The translations under genes were made by a program, and so were the position numbers. Shown here piece by piece: positions 9,036-16,650 of a DNA stretch of 25,449 nucleotides. Source of the stretch: Candidatus Methylomirabilia bacterium (GTDB lineage Bacteria > Methylomirabilota > Methylomirabilia > Rokubacteriales > CSP1-6); NCBI GenBank assembly GCA_041492755.1, contig JBGPXN010000062.1:1-25449 (forward strand), in the 5' to 3' direction. Numbering within the stretch: the stretch's first letter is position 1; the number at the start of each line of letters is the position of its first letter. The notes beneath the pieces were generated by a model. The model made no database searches. It was not told where the DNA came from and saw only the letters and a list, made by a program, of their open reading frames with translations.

Positions 9036-9657
9036 CACCCTGCGCGGCGCCAACGCCCGGCAGACGCTGATCCGGGGCGTGCTCGGCTTGGTGCTGATGG
9101 GCGCGCTGGTGTGGGGACTGCCGGTGCGGCGCCCGGGCGAGGACGGTGGGCACCACGCCGGGCATCACGCCGCCCACGCGCCCAACCTCGACGCGTTCGA
9201 GCGCGCCGGCATCGTGGAGCTCACGGCCGGCCAGCGCGGGCCCGCGTTTCGGCTCGAGAACTTCGCCGGCGGTCACGCCTCGCTCGAGGCCTGGCGCGAC
9301 AAGCTGATCGTGCTGAACTTCTGGGCCACCTGGTGCGCTCCCTGCACGGCCGAAATGCCGACGCTCGAGGCGCTGTGGCGCGACTACCACGCGCGCGGCC
9401 TGGTCGTCGTCGGCATTTCGGTCGACCGCGGCGCGCCCCGGGCGGTCCTCGAGCCCTACCTGCGCAATCTCGGACTCACCTTCCCGATTCTCCTCGACAC
9501 CGACGGCAAGACCTCGAGCGCATGGCGGGTCACCGGCCTGCCGGCGACGTTCGTGGTCAAGCCGGACGGTGAGGTCGCGGGCTTCGCGATCGGGCCACGC
9601 GAGTGGAACAGCCGCGAGATGCGCGCCCTCCTCGACAGCTTGCTCCCGCGTTCCTGA
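9016..9657 (+). CDS. TlpA/ResA-family membrane-anchored thiol-disulfide oxidoreductase with His-rich linker (start uncertain)
   Basis: LNFWATWCAPC..EMP active site, GLPATFVV cis-Pro loop, N-terminal TM helix, HHAGHHAAH linker. Confidence 0.9.
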   Translation: MRSWASSTLRGANARQTLIRGVLGLVLMGALVWGLPVRRPGEDGGHHAGHHAAHAPNLDAFERAGIVELTAGQRGPAFRLENFAGGHASLEAWRDKLIVLNFWATWCAPCTAEMPTLEALWRDYHARGLVVVGISVDRGAPRAVLEPYLRNLGLTFPILLDTDGKTSSAWRVTGLPATFVVKPDGEVAGFAIGPREWNSREMRALLDSLLPRS

Positions 9658-9672
9658 ACCCCGCGGCCGGGG

Positions 9673-10743
9673 TCAGGCCCGCTCACCGCCGGATTTTCGT
9701 AGATCGAGGCGCGCGGGGAGATCGGGGAGCGCTTCGGCGAGCTCGAGCCTCGTGATGCTGGACATGCGTCGGATGACGTCCCGGATCTCGTTCACCGCCC
9801 GCAGCACGCGTCCCACGCGATACGACACTTCCGGCGAGACGCCGCCAGGCGTCGCCAGGATCTCCAGGTGCCCCTGGATCACGGCGAGCGGGTTGTTGAT
9901 CTCGTGGCTCGCGGCGGCGGCGAGGCTGGCCACCGAGCGCAAGGCGGCCATCTGCCGCTGCGCCTTCTCGGCCCGGAGCCGGTCCGTGACGTCGGTGACC
10001 ACGAGCAGCACCCCGGCGCCGGCGGCGCGCTCGGCGAGCGGCACCGCGGAGACGATCGCCCAGACGCCGACGCCGTCCTTACGGCGGAAGAGCACGTCGC
10101 GCCGCTCGCGCCGCCCGCGCTGCCAGTTCTGCACGTGCTGGGCCAGCACCGCCTGCGCCGACGGATCGACAAAGTCGGCCACGGGGCGGCCCCCGAGGTC
10201 ACCCGGGTCGTAGCCGAGCATCGCCGCCATCTGGGGATTCGCGTGGGCGATCGCACCGCTGCCATCGAGCGTGCACACGCCATCGACGGCCGCCTCCAGC
10301 AGCCGGCGGTAACGCTCCTCGCTCTCACGCAGCGCGGCTTCGGCGCGGCGCATGCGGATCAGCGCGTTGACCGTGGCCAGCAACTCGTCGGGCGCCACCG
10401 GCTGGGTGAGACAGGCATCGGCGCCATTCTCGAGGCCTCGCACCCGGTCGTGGGTGCGCGGGTACGCCGCCGTGAGGTGCATGACCGGGATGGTCGCGGT
10501 GGCCGGCGTGCTCTTGATGCGGTGGCAGACCTCGAAGCCGTCGATGTCCGGCAGAGTCACGTCCAGGATGATGAGGTCGGGCGACTCGGCCGCCCGCAGA
10601 AGGCCCTCCGCCCCGCTGGCGGCCTCGGCCACCTCGAACCCGGCGCGTTGCAGAACGGTGCGGAGGGCAGACCGCCCGTCTTCGAAATCGTCGACGAGCA
10701 GGATCCGCGTCCTACGCCCGGGGTTCGAGTCGACGCCGGCCAT
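9673..10743 (-). CDS. REC-PAS-HisKA signalling protein without HATPase domain, 356 aa
   Basis: ILLVDD..PDLIILDVTLPDIDG receiver, LRESEERYRRL coiled coil, PAS (ANPQMAAMLGY..RRKDG), H-box SHEINNPL, then stop. Confidence 0.88.
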   Translation of the reverse strand: MAGVDSNPGRRTRILLVDDFEDGRSALRTVLQRAGFEVAEAASGAEGLLRAAESPDLIILDVTLPDIDGFEVCHRIKSTPATATIPVMHLTAAYPRTHDRVRGLENGADACLTQPVAPDELLATVNALIRMRRAEAALRESEERYRRLLEAAVDGVCTLDGSGAIAHANPQMAAMLGYDPGDLGGRPVADFVDPSAQAVLAQHVQNWQRGRRERRDVLFRRKDGVGVWAIVSAVPLAERAAGAGVLLVVTDVTDRLRAEKAQRQMAALRSVASLAAAASHEINNPLAVIQGHLEILATPGGVSPEVSYRVGRVLRAVNEIRDVIRRMSSITRLELAEALPDLPARLDLRKSGGERA

Positions 10744-10801
10744 GGGAGCGACGGCGCCAAGCATACCGGGACACCGGCCTTTGGGGAAGGCCCGCATCCG
10801 T

Positions 10802-10829
10802 GGCCGCGGCGCGCGGGGACGCCGCGGCC
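10802..10829. repeat. Perfect 10-bp GC-rich hairpin
   Basis: GGCCGCGGCG-8 nt-CGCCGCGGCC, with no U-tract. Confidence 0.45.
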
Positions 10830-10887
10830 GTTGCAGGCGGCGTGAGCGGCGAAAACGTGCCGCCGCGAAGCCGGCCGTGGAGCCTAG

Positions 10888-11125
10888 ACCTGGATTATTC
10901 ATGAACGCGCACACCACGTTCGACCAGGGGGCACGGGCGGAGCTGGGTGGATGGGGTCCGGGTGACCCAATCCCGCCACGCGAGACGACGACATCGCCGT
11001 ATGGAATGGGAACGGCTCGCCGGTGATCGGTACGCCGTCGGCTGTGGTCAGAGGACCCCGTCCACCCAGCTCCGCCCGTGCCCCCCGGTCGGCGAACGCG
11101 TCGCGCGTTCACGAATAATCCAGCT
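10888..11125. mobile_element. 238-bp non-coding long inverted-repeat element (MITE-like or structured RNA)
   Basis: 10888-10910 pairs with 11103-11125 (21/23) and 10921-10959 pairs with 11053-11091 (37/39). Flanked by TAG direct repeats at 10885-10887 and 11126-11128. Confidence 0.65.
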
Positions 11126-11403
11126 TAGCGCTCGTCGCCGGAGTGAGACCCCGTCTCCGTACCGGACCCGCCGGAAGCGCCCGACGCAGAGCGCAGACGC
11201 TGCTGGCCGGCTCGCACGTTGGTGCCGAGCGTGGACTTGGCGCGATCGAGCATGTCTTCCGCGCCCTTGCCGACCGTTTCCAGCGTTTCGGCCGCTTTCT
11301 CGCGCATGTTCGGCACACGCCGCGCGAGATAGCCGCGGATGTTGTCGCGCCACATGTAGGCGGCCACACCGCCCGCAATAGCTCCGAAAAGGAATCCAAG
11401 CAT
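11125..11403 (-). CDS. Small YtxH-like membrane-anchored protein, 92 aa
   Basis: AAGGAG RBS, MLGFLFGAIAGGVAAY anchor followed by an amphipathic helix. 3' end of shadow ORF 11125..12417. Confidence 0.8.
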   Translation of the reverse strand: MLGFLFGAIAGGVAAYMWRDNIRGYLARRVPNMREKAAETLETVGKGAEDMLDRAKSTLGTNVRAGQQRLRSASGASGGSGTETGSHSGDER

Positions 11404-11500
11404 CGAGTCGCTCCTTCCCGGCGCGCCTTGACGCGCGCCGACGCGTCGGCTTGCCGTTGCAAAGATGGTGCGAGATGGAACCGGGACCGGCGGCGAGGCC

Positions 11501-11516
11501 GGGCACGGCGCTTGCT
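11501..11516 (+). promoter_or_regulatory. Putative sigma54 (-24/-12) promoter
   Basis: GGGCACGGCGCTTGCT with exact GG-N10-GC spacing, 29 bp before the GTG at 11545. Confidence 0.6.
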
Positions 11517-11544
11517 TTTCAATCACGATCGCGGAGGACGCTCG

Positions 11545-11748
11545 GTGGATCGACAGGAAGTGCACGAACGGTTCGAGCGGATCCGCCGGCGCGCGTACCA
11601 GAAGATCGACGATGAGTGGCGGCGCGTGATGGCGCATCAGCCGCCCGACCCCGGCGTCGACGACGAGGCGAAATCGGCAAGGGCGCCGCAACCGGTCGTC
11701 AAACCGCGGCGACGGCGGCGCGCCCCGGGCAAGATCAAGACCGCCTGA
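11545..11748 (+). CDS. Small basic hypothetical protein, 67 aa (MDRQEVHERFERIRRRAYQKIDDEW...)
   Basis: GGAGG RBS at 11533-11537, GTG start, helical charged N-half, upstream sigma54-like motif. Confidence 0.62.
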   Translation: MDRQEVHERFERIRRRAYQKIDDEWRRVMAHQPPDPGVDDEAKSARAPQPVVKPRRRRRAPGKIKTA

Positions 11749-11772
11749 CCCCCGTCGGCCCGTCTGGCCCTC

Positions 11773-11781
11773 TGTTACTCT
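11773..11781 (+). promoter_or_regulatory. Extended -10 element, probable leaderless start of hyuA
   Basis: TGtTACTCT ends 6 nt before ATG 11788, and there is no SD. Confidence 0.45.
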
Positions 11782-11787
11782 CGGGGC

Positions 11788-13875
11788 ATGATCGTCGTCG
11801 GGATCGACGTCGGCGGCACCTTCACCGACGTCACCGCCATCGACGAGTCCCGCACCGTCCGCGTCGCCAAGGTGCCGTCGCAACCGCGCGACGAGGCGGC
11901 CGCCGTGCTGGCCGGCCTCGCGGCCCTGGGCATTGACGCCCGTGACGTCCGCCGCCTCGTCCATGGCACCACCGTCGGCACCAACGCCATTCTCGAGCGT
12001 CGGGGCGCGCGGGTGGCCGTCGTCACCACGGCGGGCTTCCGCGACCTGCTCGAGATCGGCCGCACCAAGCGCAACATCCCGGCGCTCTTCGTGCCGACGT
12101 TCGTGCGGCCCCGACCGGTGGTGCCGCGCTCCCTGCGCTTCGAGGTCGTCGAGCGGCTCGGCGCGGACGGCGCCGTGCTGACACCGCTCGATACCGCCAG
12201 CCTGGACGCCGCGCTGAAGGCGCTGGCGACGGCACAACCCGAGGCGGTCGCCGTCTGTTTCCTGCACGCCTACGCCAACCCCGCGCACGAGCGTGCCGTC
12301 GCCGAGGCGCTGGGCGCACGCTTCCCCGCCCTGCCCGTCTGCACGTCGGCGGAGGTGGTTCCCGAATACCGGGAGTTCGAGCGGTTCTCCACGACGGTCC
12401 TCAACGCGTACCTTCAACCGCTGCTCGATCGCTACCTGAGCCGTCTCGAAAAACGCCTGCTGGAATCGGGATATACGTACGGCGTGCTAACAGTTGGCTC
12501 GAGTGGCGGGGTGATGACGGTCGACACCGCCCGCCGCCTGCCGATCAAGACGATCTTTTCCGGTCCCGCCGGTGGCGTCAGCCAGGCCTGCGTCAGCGCC
12601 GGTCGCGCCGGCCTGGGCGACTTCATCACGTACGACATGGGCGGCACCAGCACCGACGTCTGCCTGGTGCGGGACGGCCGTCCACTCACCACCACCGACA
12701 ACCTGGTCGGGGCGTTCCCGGTCAAGGTCCCGCAGATCGACCTGCGGACAGTCGGCGCCGGCGGCGGCAGCATTGCCTGGATCGACGTGGATGGTAGCCT
12801 GCGCGTCGGACCGCAGAGCGCAGGTGCGCGCCCGGGGCCGGCGGCCTACGGGCAGGGCGGGACGGCGCCCACGGTCACCGACGCCAACGTCGTGCTCGGC
12901 CGCATGGGCGCCGACCGGACGCTGGGCGGCGTGATCCGGCTGGACCCCGCGCTCGCGCGCGCCGCCGTGGCGGCGCTGGGACAGGCGCTGGGCGGGATGA
13001 CCGCGGAGGCGACGGCGGACGGCATCGTGCGTATCGCCGTAGCCCGGATGACGTCGTCGATCCGCGAGATCTCGATCGAGCGGGGACACGATCCCCGCGA
13101 CTTCACGCTCATCGCGTTCGGTGGCGCCGGGCCCATGCACGCGATCCCGATCGCCGAGGAGCTCGGCATCCCCCGCGTGGTGGTGCCGCCGCACCCGGGC
13201 AACTTCTCGGCGCTCGGCCTGCTCGCCTCCGACGTCAAGCACGACGACGTGCGTACGCGGATCGGCCGCCTCGACGAGTCGGCGGCGGCGATCGCGGCGT
13301 TGGCCGGCGAGATGGAGAACGCCGCGGCGGCCCGTCTCGATGCGGAGGGGTTCGTGCCGCCCGCGCGGCGGATGGAGCACTCGCTCGACCTCCGCTACGC
13401 TGGCCAGGCCTTCGAGCTCAACGTGCCGCGGCCAGCCGGACCGCCGTCACCGGCCGCACTGGCCGCTGATTTCCACGCGCGGCATCTGGCCACCTACGGC
13501 CACTCGGATCCCGAGGGAGTGGTCGAGCTGGTCAACGTGCGACTCGCCGCGTACGGGCTGTACCCGGAGGGGGCCTCCGCCGCCCTGCCGGCGCCTCCCC
13601 CCGAGGAGCGGCGCCAGCCAAGCCGGCGGATGGACCACATCGGAAGGGGCGAGACGCCCCCTCCGATTCCTGCCCCCGACCAATCCGGAACGCGGGTGGT
13701 GTGGTTCGACGGTCGGCCGGGCGCATGCTCGATCCATGCACGCGCAGGGCTCAGCGCTGGGGTGAGGCTCGCGGGTTCCGCCATCGTGGAGGAGTCGGGG
13801 GCGACGAGCGTGGTGTTCCCGGGCTGGGTGGCGACGGTCGACGCATGGGGCAACCTGCGTCTGGAGCGTGGGTGA
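11788..13875 (+). CDS. hyuA: Hydantoinase/oxoprolinase family subunit A (HyuA-like)
   Basis: GIDVGGTFTD, HGTTVGTNA, SGPAGG, DMGGTSTD, GAGGGSIA, PQSAGARPGP, AFGGAGPMH and DLRYAGQ motifs. Confidence 0.93.
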   Translation: MIVVGIDVGGTFTDVTAIDESRTVRVAKVPSQPRDEAAAVLAGLAALGIDARDVRRLVHGTTVGTNAILERRGARVAVVTTAGFRDLLEIGRTKRNIPALFVPTFVRPRPVVPRSLRFEVVERLGADGAVLTPLDTASLDAALKALATAQPEAVAVCFLHAYANPAHERAVAEALGARFPALPVCTSAEVVPEYREFERFSTTVLNAYLQPLLDRYLSRLEKRLLESGYTYGVLTVGSSGGVMTVDTARRLPIKTIFSGPAGGVSQACVSAGRAGLGDFITYDMGGTSTDVCLVRDGRPLTTTDNLVGAFPVKVPQIDLRTVGAGGGSIAWIDVDGSLRVGPQSAGARPGPAAYGQGGTAPTVTDANVVLGRMGADRTLGGVIRLDPALARAAVAALGQALGGMTAEATADGIVRIAVARMTSSIREISIERGHDPRDFTLIAFGGAGPMHAIPIAEELGIPRVVVPPHPGNFSALGLLASDVKHDDVRTRIGRLDESAAAIAALAGEMENAAAARLDAEGFVPPARRMEHSLDLRYAGQAFELNVPRPAGPPSPAALAADFHARHLATYGHSDPEGVVELVNVRLAAYGLYPEGASAALPAPPPEERRQPSRRMDHIGRGETPPPIPAPDQSGTRVVWFDGRPGACSIHARAGLSAGVRLAGSAIVEESGATSVVFPGWVATVDAWGNLRLERG
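13564..13667. repeat. REP-like palindromic element located in-frame inside hyuA
   Basis: Similar to 11-86. Carries a terminal hairpin ATCGGAAGGGGC-GAGAC-GCCCCCTCCGAT (11/12 paired) at 13639-13667. Confidence 0.6.
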
Positions 13876-13917
13876 GCACGCGTCCGCCGCGCACGTGAGC
13901 TCGACCGTGGAGCGTGC

Positions 13918-16011
13918 GTGAGCTCGGGAGCGCGCGCGAGCGGTCGGCCGGACCCGATCACGCTCGAGGTCGTGCGCGAAGCGCTGTCCTCGATCGTGCG
14001 CGAGATGCGCATCACGCTCGTCCGCACCGCGTATTCGTCGATCCTGTACGAGGGCGAGGATTTCTCGTGCGTGCTCATGGACGGACGCGCGCAGATCGTG
14101 GCAATGTCCCGCGGCCAGGACCACCCGCTGCACATCGTGCCGATCGCCTGGTCGATGCGCGCGGTCCACGAGCGTTTCGGCGACGACATCCACCCGGGCG
14201 ACGTGTTCCTGCACAACGACCCGTACACCGGCGGCACCCACCTGAACGACGTCGCGATGATCTACCCGATGTTCGCCGACGGCACGCTCTTCCTGTTCCC
14301 CGTGGTCCGCGCCCACTGGGGCGACGTCGGCGGCATGAGCCCGGGCAGCCTCTCCGGACAGGTCACCGAGATCTACCAGGAGGGCGTACGCATTCCGCCG
14401 ATCCGCATCGTGGATCGGGGGCGCCCGAACCAGGCCGCGCTCGACCTGATCTTCGGCAACATGCGCGGGCCGCGCGAGCGCGAAGGCGACTTCCGGGCGA
14501 TGGTCGGCACGTGCCGCAAGGCCGCCGAACGCGTGGAAGGCCTGCTGACCCGCTACGGCCGCTCCACGCTCGACGCGTGCATCACCGAGCTGCTCGATCG
14601 CGCGGAGCAGCGGATGCGACGCCGCATTCGCGAGCTGCCGGCCGGGCAGTACGCCTACGAGGCCTATCTGGAAGGCGGCCGCGAGCGGTTCACGCCGCTG
14701 CGCGTGCGGGCCAGGGTGACGATCGCGGGCGACGGCATCATCGTCGACCTGTCCGGCACGTCGCCGCAGACGGCGGGGCCGACGAACGTCGGGCCGGCCA
14801 TGGCGCCGACGGGCGCCTTCACCATCCTCAAGGCGTTCCTCGACCCGGGCGGCGACGTCAACTCGGGCGCCTTCCGCCCGCTGACCGTCATCGCGCCCGA
14901 GGGCACGCTGGTCAACGCGCGCCGGCCGGCGCCCTGCGGCGGCATGGTCGAGGTCAAGTACTGCGTGGAGTCGGCGGTGATGGGCGCGCTCGCGCAGGCC
15001 ATCGACGGCCGCGTCACCGGCGATCTCAAGGGTGGCGGCAACCACTGCTACGTCGGCGGCCCGCGGCCCGGCGCCGACGACGCGGACGGGGCGAACGCCA
15101 CGTTCATCTTCTACGAGTACCCCGCCGCCGGCACCGGCGCCTTCGAGGGCGGCGACGGCAACAACGCCGTGCGGGCCTTCACCGAGAGCGATATCACGAG
15201 CATTCAGCCGGTGGAGTCGGTGGAGCAGAGGTATCCGCTGCGCGTGGAGCGGACGGCGCTCCGTCCCGACTCCGGCGGTGACGGTCGGTGGCGCGGCGGC
15301 CTCGGACTGGTCCGTGAGGTGCGGGTCCTTTCCGACGGCGCGCGGCTGTCCGTCCTCGCGGAAAAGGGCGTGCTACCGCCGTACGGCGTGTGCGGCGGAT
15401 TTCCCGGCGCGCCCAACCGCTTTCGAGTGCGGCGCGCCGGGCAGTGGATCGAGCCCTCCCCGCTCCCGGGCAAGGTGAGCGACTTTCCGCTGCGCCGTGA
15501 CGACGTGGTCGTCATGGAGACGTCCGGGGGCGGGGGCTACGGCGATCCGCTCCTGCGCGATCCGGACGCGATCGCGAGCGATCTGCGCGAGGGCGTGGTG
15601 AGCCCGGCGACGGTGGCGGCACGTTACGGCGTCGCCACCGACGGTGGAGCGATCGACGCCACGGCGACCGCCGCTCGCCGCGCCGCGGCCCATCAGGCGC
15701 GGACGACGGCACGCCTCGTCCGGCGCGATGACCTCGAGGAAGCGCAGGTACGGCTGATTGCCCTCGATCCGGCGACGGCCGAGCGGCTGGGCGTCGTGCC
15801 GGGTGACGTCGTCGAGGTCGTCAATCCCCGGGGGGCGCCACTCCGGTGCTGGGTCTCGGAGCGCCGACAAGCCGAGGCGGGCGCGGCCGGACTGTCCGCC
15901 ACGTCCATCGCGATGCTCGCAATGGCGGCGGGCACCCCCGTGGAGTTGCGTCTGCTGGTCCGCACGTCCTCGGGCACGTCCTCGGGCACGTCCTCGGCTT
16001 CGGCGGGCTGA
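13918..16011 (+). CDS. hyuB: Hydantoinase B/oxoprolinase family protein with extra C-terminal beta-barrel-like domain
   Basis: DPITLEV..EM..RTAYS, HNDPYTGGTHLND, AHWGDVGG..PGS, YQEG, DSGGDGRWRGG and GGGGYGDP motifs. Confidence 0.93.
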   Translation: MSSGARASGRPDPITLEVVREALSSIVREMRITLVRTAYSSILYEGEDFSCVLMDGRAQIVAMSRGQDHPLHIVPIAWSMRAVHERFGDDIHPGDVFLHNDPYTGGTHLNDVAMIYPMFADGTLFLFPVVRAHWGDVGGMSPGSLSGQVTEIYQEGVRIPPIRIVDRGRPNQAALDLIFGNMRGPREREGDFRAMVGTCRKAAERVEGLLTRYGRSTLDACITELLDRAEQRMRRRIRELPAGQYAYEAYLEGGRERFTPLRVRARVTIAGDGIIVDLSGTSPQTAGPTNVGPAMAPTGAFTILKAFLDPGGDVNSGAFRPLTVIAPEGTLVNARRPAPCGGMVEVKYCVESAVMGALAQAIDGRVTGDLKGGGNHCYVGGPRPGADDADGANATFIFYEYPAAGTGAFEGGDGNNAVRAFTESDITSIQPVESVEQRYPLRVERTALRPDSGGDGRWRGGLGLVREVRVLSDGARLSVLAEKGVLPPYGVCGGFPGAPNRFRVRRAGQWIEPSPLPGKVSDFPLRRDDVVVMETSGGGGYGDPLLRDPDAIASDLREGVVSPATVAARYGVATDGGAIDATATAARRAAAHQARTTARLVRRDDLEEAQVRLIALDPATAERLGVVPGDVVEVVNPRGAPLRCWVSERRQAEAGAAGLSATSIAMLAMAAGTPVELRLLVRTSSGTSSGTSSASAG
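15962..15997 (+). repeat. 3 x 12-bp perfect tandem repeat GCACGTCCTCGG
   Basis: Read directly from the sequence; encodes the TSSG-TSSG-TSS tail of HyuB. Confidence 0.9.
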
Positions 16012-16526
16012 TGCTGCGCATGCTCGCCTGCCGAACCGTGACCGTTGCGGCGCTCGCCGGGCTGCTCGTGCCAACCGTCGTGTTGGCGTTCCCCAGTGCC
16101 TTGCCGGCCGCGAGCAGCGACGACAGCGGGAGCGTCGCCACGATGGAAGGCGAGGTCGTCCGGCAGACCAACGCGATCCGGCGCGAGCACGGCCTGCGCG
16201 CGCTCGAACCGAACACCTCACTGGCGCGGCTGGCGCGCGAGCACAGCTGCCAGATGGCGCGCGAAGGGAAGGTCTCGCACACGGGTCCGCACGGGGCCAC
16301 CCTCGGCGACCGGGTGCACGCCGCCGGGGAGCCGTACCGCCGGCTCGGCGAGAACGTGGCCATGCACCACCGCGCCCGCGAGTCGGTGACCACCGCCGTG
16401 CGCGGGTGGATGCAGAGCGAGGGGCACCGCGCCAACATCCTCGACGGCGCGTTCACCGAAACCGGCGCCGGGGTTTGCCGCGCCGGCGACGCCGTCTACT
16501 TCACCCAGATCTTCCGCCGGCGCTGA
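16011..16526 (+). CDS. Exported CAP (SCP/YkwD) domain protein, 171 aa
   Basis: N..RREHGL..L, AREHS.QMA, GENVA, WMQSEGHRANIL and YFTQIF motifs. TGATG overlap with hyuB. Confidence 0.9.
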   Translation: MLRMLACRTVTVAALAGLLVPTVVLAFPSALPAASSDDSGSVATMEGEVVRQTNAIRREHGLRALEPNTSLARLAREHSCQMAREGKVSHTGPHGATLGDRVHAAGEPYRRLGENVAMHHRARESVTTAVRGWMQSEGHRANILDGAFTETGAGVCRAGDAVYFTQIFRRR

Positions 16527-16558
16527 TCTTCACCCCCGCCGGCTCTCCCGGAAGATCG

Positions 16559-16574
16559 TGGCAGCGCGGTTGCA
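16559..16574 (+). promoter_or_regulatory. Putative sigma54 promoter
   Basis: TGGCAGCGCGGTTGCA with GG-N10-GC spacing. Confidence 0.55.
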
Positions 16575-16650
16575 AGCTTCGCGCGTCATCATTCCCGCCG
16601 TTTGTCGTACGGCGCGAAGCCGTCTGGCGCGCGGCGGCAAGGAGGTCCGC

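Noticed and set aside
4308..9053. Long minus-strand ORFs over the liv genes
   Set aside because: Antisense shadows with no motifs, overlapping well-supported genes.
9655..9675. Hairpin between convergent tlpA and REC-PAS-HisKA genes as an intrinsic terminator
   Set aside because: Short stem with a bulge and no U-tract on either strand.
10744..11112. 123-aa N-terminal extension of the REC-PAS-HisKA ORF
   Set aside because: Low-complexity translation of the inverted-repeat element and spacer. The domain starts near ATG 10743.
13872..13923. 23-nt periodic repeats as CRISPR
   Set aside because: The repeat core is only 6-10 nt; explained by stop/start overlaps.
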